19,605 bases of DNA from Ginkgo biloba (taxonomy: Eukaryota > Plantae > Ginkgophyta), in assembly GCA_024626585.2 (NCBI GenBank), contig JANKJI020000004.1:67746940-67766544 (forward strand), in the 5' to 3' direction. The position numbers and the translations under genes are program-made. How positions within the stretch are numbered: position 1 is the first letter of the stretch; the number at the start of each line of letters is the position of its first letter. Below are positions 1-9,770 of the stretch, in pieces. The notes beneath the pieces are model-generated. The model saw only the letters and a list, made by a program, of their open reading frames with translations. It had not been told where the DNA came from and did not search any database.

Positions 1-110
1 TGTCTAATTCATTTTGAATAAATTGATTTTGAGTGTAATTTTTTTTTTTTTTTTTGAATAAATCAAATGTAAGGAATATTCTCTTTTAAAGATTTAAAGA
101 GGAATATTCT

Positions 111-376
111 AGATGGAAAAAGGTGGGCACTGTAAGCCTATAAATTTTTGTAAATGTAAATAGTCACCACAAGTTAGAGCATTTTAAATAGTGAAGTTTT
201 GAAGGAGAATTGTTGGATTGTAGCTCTGTGTGGTCTTGCTTTAAAAAGTTTGATTGATTAATTGTTGATGAATGGAACTAGGCTTTTGGCCAAATTATTG
301 TGCATGTGTGTTGATCCATTGTATTGAGTTATGTTAATTAGTTTTTGATAGTGAAGGCACAATGAATGCTTTTACA
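111..376 (+). mobile_element. Putative polypurine tract plus 3' LTR of an LTR retrotransposon
   Basis: Purine-rich AGATGGAAAAAGGTGGG (111-127) is followed by CAC and then TGTAAGC at 131. A candidate end GCTTTTACA lies at 368-376, giving TGTAA...TTACA termini. An imperfect inverted repeat (74-90/93-109) precedes it. The right boundary is uncertain. Confidence 0.4.
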
Positions 377-598
377 TTAGATATATTCTATTATGTTGCA
401 CAGTAATATAGTCTAACAAAAACCCTTCTTTTGGATGCCATTAACTATTTTGCCCTACTATTGTCCAAACCTTGGGTCTTGATTGCAGGATGACACAAGT
501 TCGTAGTGTAAATCCAATGCAAAAATATAAAGCCCTATTGACCCTGTCAGATCAGATTGACTAGCATCAATGCCTTCTTATCTAACTTACTACTATGC

Positions 599-1928
599 TT
601 AGTCACTTAGGGCCCCAACTTGACCCTTAAGATCCCATTCCCACTTAACTTCTTCTTGGACATCGCCTTGATTCCTATCGATTGAGAAATATTGGATAGT
701 GATTTCTTCATAGGCTTTCATTATCTCANNNNNNNNNNNNNNAGAGCTCATATGGGACAACTCATGAATGATATAGACACTTATGGTGGTTTTTATTTGG
801 AGGGATTCCTTCAATTATAAATTTTCCTTCCTTACTTCAAACAAATTTTCTTTAAGGGTAGACAACCTACCATTGGTATTGCCAAAAAAATCTTTGGCTA
901 ACTGGTAAAGGTTTCTCTTACCTCTATGCAATGACGGTTCTATGACCTCCTCCCAAACACTTGCTCTTCCTTCAATAGAGTTATGGCCCTTCGACCTACA
1001 CGCCATTTAACTCACTTATTCCCAAACTCTACAAAGCCTTGAGCTCCCACTCAAAAGATGACAAGAGTAAACCTAATGGAGTAGGGAAATCTCTCAAGTC
1101 ATCTACTCCCAGTATATGACCGGTTCTCACAATGTGGGGATTAAGGGATGATAATGCATGCCATATCAATGATGAATCCCTCATGATTTTAGAGTCGATG
1201 GATTTGTGGGTCTCCTCCCCTGCCTTTAGCCTAGTGCCTACATTTTCCATATATGTCATAGCCCAGGAAACCCTAGTCCAAAGCCCGATCAAAAGGCATT
1301 CAAAGTTGGTCAACGAGCTTGGAAAACCCTAAGAGAAGCTCTAATGCATTAAATNNNNNNNNNNNNNNNNNNNNNNNNNNNNNNNNNNNNNNNNNNNNNN
1401 NNNNNNNNNNNNNNNNNNNNNNNNNNNNNNNNNNNNNNNNNNNNNNNNNNNNNNTTAATGGTACCACCTCTAACCATAATCACCCAAGCATGCACTAATA
1501 ACTGTCATCAATAATTATACCCCAAACTTTATTTCAATCCTTGTCAGGTTCACGTAGTTGGACTTCTAGAAAGGTGTTGGGCTCAACTCACAATGACCAC
1601 CCTGATTCCTTGATCTCCAATGCCCCGATTAAACTCAGTTTAAATCTCTATTGGATACACGGGTTTAAGATCCCACCTTCCAATGTATTGAGTGCCTACC
1701 TCCAATCCTCCAATGTTCAATCAACCGAGGACTTGAATTCTTAGCGCAATCTTTAAATCAAAATGAGGTATCATGTCCATCCACCTTGGTGTTTGAGGGA
1801 TAAAGCTAGGCATGGTCCACTCTAGACCTCTGATACTCTGATCTCCCGATCCTTTGATTAAATTCAGCTTTGAAACCTATCGGGTCTATGGGACTTTTAA
1901 ATGAGGTATGACTAAACTAGGGGTGACA
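599..1928 (-). mobile_element. Degraded LTR-retrotransposon remnant (gag-like ORF pieces, possible LTR terminus at 1928)
   Basis: Three consecutive broken minus-strand ORFs (1313-1029, 1006-815, 814-599) include SIEGRASVWEE...KDFFG, loosely like the gag LxGxAxxW...F pattern. Minus-strand TGTCACCCCTAGTTTAG at 1928 resembles an LTR terminus. A degenerate Met-PBS-like GAGTATCAGAGG lies at ~1838-1827. Confidence 0.35.
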
Positions 1929-1992
1929 AGAGACTCAAACCCTGTTATTCTTTGATACTCGATGAAATATAGTTTATAATTTTTTTTTTGTC

Positions 1993-2574
1993 ATGGCGGT
2001 ACTGTCCGCCTCGCCTGTTCATTTGCGCACTGGAGTTAGATCAACTGATGATTTGAGTTTCTGCCGAACATTTGTACCGCGAAACTTGAGCTCAATTGAG
2101 CCGTCATGTGAGAGGTCAACGGTTTACGGTGGAGAACTGGGATTTAAAATTGATGCTAGAAATTCTGGTTCGGATAGCGCCGTTAAGATTAACGGACGGT
2201 CTCCTCGGATGGTCCCTGTGGAGGAGGCTTTGAAGGCTAGAAGAAGTTCTTCAGAAATATTGAAGATTAACGGATCGGCGAACGATGTTCTTAATGGTTC
2301 TGCCGTAAATGGACGTGTAATTAACGGTAAAAATGGTTCTAATGCGGCATTGGTTCCACAGAGGGTGAGAAAAAATGAAGAAAATAAAAAATATTCTGCT
2401 AGTGACGATTTGATATTATTTCCATCAGACGAAGCTTACAGTTGGTCTAAGGAGAATTACAGTGCTTTTCAAAGAAGTGTTGACGTGTGGACATTTGTAC
2501 TACTGCTGAGAGCTCGTGTGTACATAGATGAAGCAAAATGGACCTACATTGGTGGCTTCACGGAAGACAAACAG
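1993..2574 (+). CDS. ABC1K7: First coding exon (194 codons) of a chloroplast ABC1/UbiB atypical kinase, ABC1K7 (SIA1)-like; partial gene
   Basis: Intact frame from ATG 1993, with an S/R-rich transit-peptide-like N-terminus, MVP and repeated (I/V/L)NG motifs. It continues PSDEAYSWSKENYSAFQRSVDVWTFVLLLRARVYIDEAKWTYIGGFTEDKQ, which closely matches the ABC1K7 segment as I recall it (PSDExFSWAxENY...QRSIDVWSF...KWAYxGGFTEEKQ). Similarity stops exactly at CAG|GTATTT. Confidence 0.92.
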
Positions 2575-2618
2575 GTATTTGTTTTTGTTTATTATAATCT
2601 CCACGCGATCATATCCCC

Positions 2619-3001
2619 TTTTTTTTTTGTTGAAACGAGACCTTTATATTAAGAAAATACAAAGTGCATACATGCGTTAGGACGGATCTTCAAAAGAACA
2701 AAATTGACCCTATACATAGTACACAAAAATAACACCTGTATACAGTATGCAAATTCCCACCACGCTCCCATTGGGGGCTCAGGTGTTTCCATGTATGGCC
2801 CACTCGTCCACAAAAACTGGAAATTACACTTCCTCCGAGGGAAGTCTTTTGTTCCTGTCCAATATCCAGAGCAAATCTCTAGTGCCATGATCATCTGCCG
2901 AGTCCTGCAAATTATCAACCTAGGGGACGGAGAAATTATGTTCTTGCACTGGGCCTGTAATGGGTCTTGTCTCCTTTGTTTAGCATATCTCTCTTAAGAA
3001 A
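2619..3001 (-). mobile_element. Probable 3' end of a non-LTR (L1-like) retroelement
   Basis: The minus strand ends TTTGTATTTTCTTAATATAAAGGTCTCGTTTCAAC-A10, i.e. a signal-like AATATAAA and a poly(A) tail at 2628-2619. It is preceded by a Trp-rich open frame (2918-2649). The 5' side runs into a gap. Confidence 0.45.
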
Positions 3002-3524
3002 NNNNNNNNNNNNNNNNNNNNNNNNNNNNNNNNNNNNNNNNNNNNNNNNNNNNNNNNNNNNNNNNNNNNNNNNNNNNNNNNNNNNNNNNNNNNNNNNNNN
3101 NTTTTTTTTAAACTAATATTAAATACATTCAAGATTTGATGGCTAACAATCATTACCACATATAAAGACTAATATAACCCTCAAATCACTCTTTTTAAAG
3201 ATAATACAACTTTTGAAACCAATTTTAAAGTTCATGCCTAACGTGCAATAGAAGTGAAGTTATTTTCAGCTATTTTTTTTAAATTTTACATAAAATATTT
3301 TATATTTCAGAACTTTCAAAGCTCTGATTCTAAAATATGAAGGGCACTAAATTTTGCCTTTATTCTTTTTCAGGTGCGAGGCCTTCATTTGGCATGTCCC
3401 GCCAAGGACGTTCCTGAATATATTGCATAAGATTCAATATCTGAAGCTAATATGCCATCAAACATGTAACCTGATGAAGTTTGGGCGATTTTATCCAAAA
3501 TATTTATACCTCTGGTAAGAAATG

Positions 3525-3760
3525 TTGATTATATCTCACGCACTCGATTGAAGGCAGAATACGTTGAGAGACTAGATCAAGGTTCTCGTTAGAGGAGCCA
3601 CACTGTGCTGAAAGTTAGCAGACCTTTCTCGCTAAATTTTTATTTCTTTCAAAAAAATATGAGAACAATGCTGATGATTTATAGCATGATCTGTCCACGA
3701 TACCAACCAACAAGATGAACCTCTGCACCACTTTTTTCAGGAGACTTGAACAACACACAG
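3525..3760 (+). mobile_element. Degenerate gag-like fragment A
   Basis: YLTHSIEGRIR*...AES*QTFLAKFL...DL*HDLSTI/QQDEPLHHFF/RRLEQ fits the Retrotrans_gag pattern W..F..KF...L..I.Q..E...F..R, with stops and frameshifts. Confidence 0.4.
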
Positions 3761-3974
3761 CATTCACCCATTTGCATGCATCCAGTATCGGTAGCTTTTT
3801 ACAATAGAAAACCACGTTCATGTCTATTGGACTGCATTAGAATAGTGGTAGCGCTGCTCTTGAAGAGTGGTCCACAGAAAAATCGAATGCAGAATAGAGA
3901 AGCAACAAAGCATTTTATTTAATGGACAACCTCTTCAGTTGTCAAAACAATTTGTTCGTCGGATTCGATTGTTA

Positions 3975-4245
3975 TAACTTTAGTAATAATAATAATGGCA
4001 ACCATAACAACTATAGTGATAGTAGTAATGGTAGCTTAGGTGACAACAACAACAATGATACTTATAATAATCACAATAGTAGGAATAGTATTGGTGGAAG
4101 CAGCGATAAGTACAATAAATTTAGTGGTTGCAATGGAAACAATGGTAATAATAACCAGAATAATAGAAGCTAGTTCAATAATGACACAATAACAAAGGTA
4201 ATAATAATGGTAATGAAAGTAATAATGATAATCACAGAATTAACA
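3975..4245 (+). repeat. AAT/AAC/GGT-rich low-complexity tract encoding an Asn/Gly/Ser-rich peptide
   Basis: Direct reading gives SNNNNGNHNNYSDSSNG...NGNNGNNNQNNRS and, after a frameshift, NNKGNNNGNESNNDN. Confidence 0.85.
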
Positions 4246-4322
4246 TAGGTTATGACCATAATGGGGGAGGAGAAGTCTCACCAATCATTGTCTAAACAAA
4301 TTACTCATTATCCCATTTCATC

Positions 4323-5334
4323 TTTGATGGCCACAATGACCCTTCCAACCACTTGGCACTACTCCTCAACAACAATGCCTTATGCCATATTACTGATGAG
4401 AAAAAAATTAAATGACACTTCTTTTCAACACTCTATAGTGCTCCACTGTCTTGGTTTCAATGTGTATACCATCATTTGTAGCATGTCATCCAATAGTATT
4501 TATGGATAGATTCCAAACCTTACGAGATCCAACTTTCATCATTAAAATGTTAATAGAAATCCAACAATGGCATGGCGAAGCCATCTGTAGTTTTGATGGC
4601 TAATTATAGATCCTTACACCTAAATTGGAAGCCTAAAATGTTGTAACTCTATATACACATTTAATTATTTCTCCAGTGGATTATCATTGCCATACTAACA
4701 CAAGCTTTGCGAACACTTGATGGAGAATAATGAGCAAATATGACACCTGGCCACAACTTTAAAAAAGAAGATGTATGTTGATTAGCGTAATTGCCATTCT
4801 TCAGACAAGGAATAGGACAATTGCCCCTCACATTACATTCACCAACAAGTAAGAAATGTAACAAGCCAATGAGAATTCAAATTTCGTGATTGAACAAATA
4901 GAGAATATACGAGCAAAAATTACTCAATTATAGCTAGAAAGGAAGAAAGAAATTGGGAAAACATCTAGTGCACAAAAAAGAATCAGATGTGTCATACTCA
5001 TAACAAGCATGTCCAACAATCGACACTAGAAAAGAAATGGTATGCTATTTGTGAAATTGATAGACATGACACTAAGGATTGTTATTCCAACTTGCGTAAT
5101 TGACAAAATGGATAAGGGCGAGGCTAGGCATAAAGAGGTGGCCATTGGGAAAATCCCACTCACCATGTTAACTGTGAAAGTACCAATTGTAGCCATGCAA
5201 GTCATACCCTTGTTGTCTGTTGCATGAAGTGCTTAACATAGGGACACTACTTAAGAGATTGGCCCTAACTACAAAATGACAGTGGATCACTCTTTAAGGA
5301 CTGTGTACTCGATGATCACACTTGGGATAACTAC
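4323..5334 (+). mobile_element. Ty3/gypsy gag pseudogene B with three CCHC zinc knuckles
   Basis: FDGHNDPSNHL...TDEKKIK*HFFSTLYSAPLSWF (4323-4457) matches the gag FDGxxDPxxHL...FxxTLxGxAxxWF pattern. Three same-frame degenerate CX2CX4HX4C units follow: YAICEIDRHDTKDC (5041-5082), CMKCLT*GHYLRDW (5221-5262) and FKDCVLDDHTWDNY (5293-5334). Confidence 0.8.
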
Positions 5335-5959
5335 GTAAAGAGGAGCATAGTACTCAATCTTGTCAGTAAGTATGTAGATATAGAGCAAACAACTCTCAAA
5401 TCATACGATGTGAATGTGTGAATGAGAAGTGCTAAGAAGGCCACTGTAACCTTGGCTGTGGTTGAGGCAAATTTCGTGAACCCTAAAAAGGAGAAGGATT
5501 ATTTTCTTGTTGCTAACTAAGCTCTTGAAGCTATGGAGAAAGTGGCCAATGAAAAATGTGAAGAAGCGAGATGAGTAATAGAGGAAGTTGAGAAACTCTA
5601 GGTAGAGAAAGCTCGATAAGAAATCAAACAAATACAAAGTAAGCAAAAGATTATTGAGACATACATTTGGAAGAATTATTGAAAAGAAAAACCTACAACA
5701 AAAACAACTTTGGTTAGATCTACTTATGATACTCCAACTCCAACCCTGTAAATATCATCCATGACACCTATGGAGTTCGATCTACTAGAGACATTATTAG
5801 ACACACAAAAGATTAGGGTTTTGAAACAATTTGTAGATGGCCTGAATCTAAGCATCTTGTTGTCAACCATATTTCAATGTTGGGAATGTATGTAACTTCA
5901 ATAGATGGTTGCATAGTTCAAAACTCAACAACATCACTAGTGCGACAAGTGAACCTAAT

Positions 5960-6290
5960 AATAGACGAAGACCCACATGTGTCCATGCAACTATTATGGT
6001 ATACTGTGGATAAGGCAATTGGCGACGACAACTCAGTAGTTAATGTACTCCTAGAGAGCACTTGGAAGTACCAAAATGATACTCATAGACTATACCTCAA
6101 TGATTGCTAACTAGTCTCTTGTAAGGCCCTTAAGGATAGTAGAGGAAGTCCTTTTCATAGTTCGTAGTGTAGTCATTTTCCAAGAGTTTGCAATATTGAA
6201 GATGTTAATGGGGCTAGATCATACCCATTTTTTAAGGTTGAGACTGGTTGCATGACACAAAGCCTCTACAGGATTGGTGGCACTACACCC
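5960..6290 (+). mobile_element. Ty3/gypsy aspartic protease pseudogene
   Basis: AIGDDNSVVNVLLESTWK (from 6015) is a decayed AIxDGGSGVNVLPE active-site motif. The downstream SYPFF...WLHD resembles YPxLLGRPWL. Confidence 0.75.
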
Positions 6291-6744
6291 TCACATTGCG
6301 ATGAGATGGTAAGCTAGTGGAGTTGCCCATCACTGCAGATGACCCAATCATTACTAAAATCATAGACGAGGCTTTCAACACCATAGTGTCCTTAAAGCTT
6401 ATAACTAACTTGTATTTAGAGTTAGCCTATTATTGCATCATTGAACTCGACCCATCACTAAGGATGGGACTTATGAACCCAACATCCAAGGGGAAACCAA
6501 AATAGATAACAACTCCAATGGAGAGAAATCAACATCTCTGATGGTACTAGTTGCAAGGAGATTACGAGCTTGACCAATATTCATGCTACAGTATTGACAC
6601 AACTTATGATCAAGATATCTCTTCTCTCGCAACTGTTAGAAGATGATTTTCAACAATGTGAAGATGGAATGTTAGTCAAAGACACTATAGCGAGTCATTC
6701 GAGGAGGATAACACTAGTGAGGCTGAAGTTGTTACTATTCCATT

Positions 6745-7037
6745 GACTCCCATATTTAGGTTAAAAAGTCAGAGTGGCATCACACATCCGTAACTATGTA
6801 GAGAAATGGGAAAGTAAGAAATACAAATGCAATGCATTATGGTGTATCCAATTTTTGCACACTTTACGTGGCTGTGAACTACGGTGGTTCCTCCTATACA
6901 ACTTGACAACACAAAACCTTGGAGGGAATTATGTGACATCTCCATTACCAGGCTAGGAAGGGTTGGGCAATTATCTCACCCCAACCTACAAATCATTCCC
7001 GAAAACCATACAAATGCTTGCAAGAAATTATGGTAAA
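6745..7037 (+). mobile_element. Nested gag fragment C
   Basis: SHIRNYVEKWESKKYKCNALWCIQFLHTLRGCELRWF, then after a frameshift KPWRELCDI. This fits the gag H...W..QF.HTL.G...WF and W.EL motifs. Confidence 0.6.
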
Positions 7038-7170
7038 GGCATAACTTACCTTAGAAGTTGTGGATATACTTGCTTGATCAAGTGTCTTTTCTAACTTATA
7101 TATCCATTCCTTTGCCTCTATTGGCCCACCAAATTTGAATTTTGGAATCTTGGACACATAATGTAAGTTT
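7038..7170 (-). mobile_element. Antisense gag fragment D
   Basis: Uninterrupted YVSKIPKFKFGGPIEAKEWIYKLEKTLDQASISTTSKVSYA (7160-7038) matches the Ty3/gypsy gag N-terminal PxFxG...EAxxWIxxxE...KVxYA pattern. It is not in the supplied ORF track. Confidence 0.65.
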
Positions 7171-7875
7171 AGTCTAAAGCCTTAATTCATCACCCAACTT
7201 GACTACAATGTCACGAGAGCTTCCCANNNNNNNNNNNNNNNNNNNNNNNNNNNNNNNNNNNNNNNNNNNNNNNNNNNNNNNNNNNNNNNNNNNNNNNNNN
7301 NNNNNNNNNNNNNNNNNNNNNNNNNNNNNNNNNNNNNNNNNNNNNNNNNNNNNNNNNNNNNNNNNNNNNNNNNNNNNNNNNNNNNNNNNNNNNNNNNNNN
7401 NNNNNNNNNNNNNNNNNNNNNNNNNNNNNNNNNNNNNNNNNNNNNNNNNNNNNNNNNNNNNNNNNNNNNNNNNNNNNNNNNNNNNNNNNNNNNNNNNNNN
7501 NNNNNNNNNNNNNNNNNNNNNNNNNNNNNNNNNNNNNNNNNNNNNNNNNNNNNNNNNNNNNNNNNNNNNNNNNNNNNNNNNNNNNNNNNNNNNNNNNNNN
7601 NNNNNNNNNNNNNNNNNNNNNNNNNNNNNNNNNNNNNNNNNNNNNNNNNNNNNNNNNNNNNNNNNNNNNNNNNNNNNNNNNNNNNNNNNNNNNNNNNNNN
7701 NNNNNNNNNNNNNNNNNNNNNNNNNNNNNNNNNNNNNNNNNNNNNNNNNNNNNNNNNNNNNNNNNNNNNNNNNNNNNNNNNNNNNNNNNNNNNNNNNNNN
7801 NNNNNNNNNNNNNNNNNNNNNNNNNNNNNNNNNNNNNNNNNNNNNNNNNNNNNNNNNNNNNNNNNNNNNNNNNNN

Positions 7876-8538
7876 TAGTCTTGGGATTTTTTTTCAAGAT
7901 TCCAAAAGGTAAAGTGACGGAAAAGAAGCAAAACTAAATCAATTTTTGAAAACGGTTCAACTTCCTAGACAGTTATCAAAATTGAATGGCACTAAAAAGA
8001 GAAGGAACGCCAAGAGACAGGATAAACATTGGAGAGAGAAGCCATAAGGAAGTAGTAGACAAGGAAGCATGGGGCCATAAAGAAAGAAGCACTCATAAAG
8101 CAGAGAAGGAGAATGTTTTGTGAGTAGCAAGAGAGAAGAGAACAGAGAGGGTGAAGGAATCCTTCAAGGAGAAAGAGCTTCACACCATTGTTCATTATAT
8201 TTTATGTGAAAAATACCTGGGAGTTGCATCTCCAAACCAAAGGCATAGGCATTGAATTGTAATCTCTTGTTGAAAGCAAAATTTAATATCTATCTAGAGT
8301 TTTATTCCCCATGAGGGTTTCTCCAGTTAAAAATCTTGTTGTCACTGTGTACGATTTGTGTATTTTTCAATTTCTTTACTCTTGAACTTTTTAGATTCAA
8401 GTAATGGGATTGCATGCATAATTTAGACACAAAGTTTTATTTGTTTATTGAAGCAAATTAAGTAAAGCAAGAATCCGTAGTTATATGCATTGAGAGATCT
8501 TGACTCACCCACTGAGATACCGATCATTAACACCTACA
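7876..8538 (+). mobile_element. Copia-like LTR, probably solo; 5' part in gap
   Basis: A GA-rich stretch is followed by GGGTTTCTCCAGTTAAAAATCTTGTTGTC (~8315-8343), which resembles copia U5 motifs. TGACTCACCC lies near the end and the terminus is ...ACCTACA at 8538. No PBS follows, and gypsy pol-like sequence resumes. Confidence 0.5.
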
Positions 8539-8749
8539 AGTAATGTCGCGAAGAAGAATATGTCGGTGGAACCCCAACAAAACAATGTGGACATTCTGAC
8601 AAAGGAAGATGCTAAGGAACAACCTGCCAACTTATACCCACTTGAGTATTTAGAGTTGGACTATGAATATTGTCAAATTGATGAGACACCTAGACACCAA
8701 CTCAATGAGGTAGGCACGGTGGTCCACCATCCAAGATTGAAGATGCATA

Positions 8750-9770
8750 ATGTTAACATTGGGACACAACAAGACCCCTAACATATTACAATGGGTGATT
8801 ATTGGGATGAGAGCATAGTTACTCAAGTGCAACCATCTTCGTAAAGTATTGTGATGTGTTCACTCAGTCGTACAAGGATTCAAAGAGTGTGCTTTTTGAG
8901 ATTGGTTAGCATCACATTTGGATCTTAGAAGGCATGAAATCAATAAGACAAATAATCTATCGACTAAATCGAAAGGTAAAAAAACAAGTCATGATAGAGA
9001 GTGACAAGATTTTGGGACCAATAGACATTTGTCCTATTGGTAATAGCAAATGGGTGAGCCTAGTCATAATCACTAAGAAGAAGAATAGAAAGATATGCAT
9101 GTGTGTCGGTTATCGAGAATGAAATAAAGTTATGAATAAATTCTCCATTTTCCATTCTATTCATAGAAGACGTCCTAGAGGAAATGGTAGGACACGAGGT
9201 TCATTCCTTCATGGGTAGATTTAAGTGGCTATAATCAAGTAACATTGCCCCAAAAGACCAATTGAAGACAACCTTCATGACTGAATGGGGGATCTGTGCT
9301 TATTGAGTCATGCCATTTGGTTTAAACAACACGCCTCCAACTTTCTAACGTGTTATATTAAATATTTTCAATGATATCATTGGAAAGCAAGTAGAAGAAT
9401 TCCTTGATGAATGACCTTTATATAGTGTGTTGCAAAACCATCTTGATAACATCAAGGAAATGCTAGAGATATGTTGTAGATGTAATCTATGTTTGAATCT
9501 AGAGAAGTGTTAGTTTTTTATACCATTCAACAATCTCCTATGGAACATCGTGACAAAGGAAGGCCTCTTGATGGACCCAACAAAGGTATCCCTAATTATA
9601 GGGTTCCCCATTTAAGAAAATATAGAACAATTAAAGGGGTACGCAGGCCTAATTGGCTAATATTGAAATGTTTATATTTGGGCCTTTAGAAGCATTTATT
9701 GAAGAAGGGGGTAGAATGGGCATGGATTGAGGCATAGTGGAAAGCCCTCAAGGAGTTGAAGCAAAAGAAC
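8750..9770 (+). mobile_element. Ty3/gypsy reverse transcriptase pseudogene
   Basis: Motifs read: VNIGTQQDP; SKWVSLVIITKKKNRKICMCVGYRE*NK; GYNQV; APKDQLKTTFMTEWG; VMPFGLNNTPPTF*R; catalytic FLDE* (9400-9414, decayed F/YLDD); EGLLMDPTKV; KALKELKQK. Many stops and frameshifts. Confidence 0.95.

Noticed and set aside
2575-2652. C-terminal 25 aa of the 219-aa ORF (VFVFVYYN...)
   Set aside because: Read-through past the GT donor into T-rich intron; family similarity ends at EDKQ.
3922-4173. Asn-rich 83-aa ORF as a standalone gene
   Set aside because: Low complexity, lies between decayed gag-like pieces, and continues in another frame.
7199-7931. Three ORFs of 228-242 aa, and other X-containing ORFs
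   Set aside because: Artefacts of N gaps.
7992-8195. Hydrophobic minus-strand ORFs (also 5401-5646) as membrane or env-like proteins
   Set aside because: Antisense translation of GA-rich sequence yields F/L/S-rich peptides trivially.
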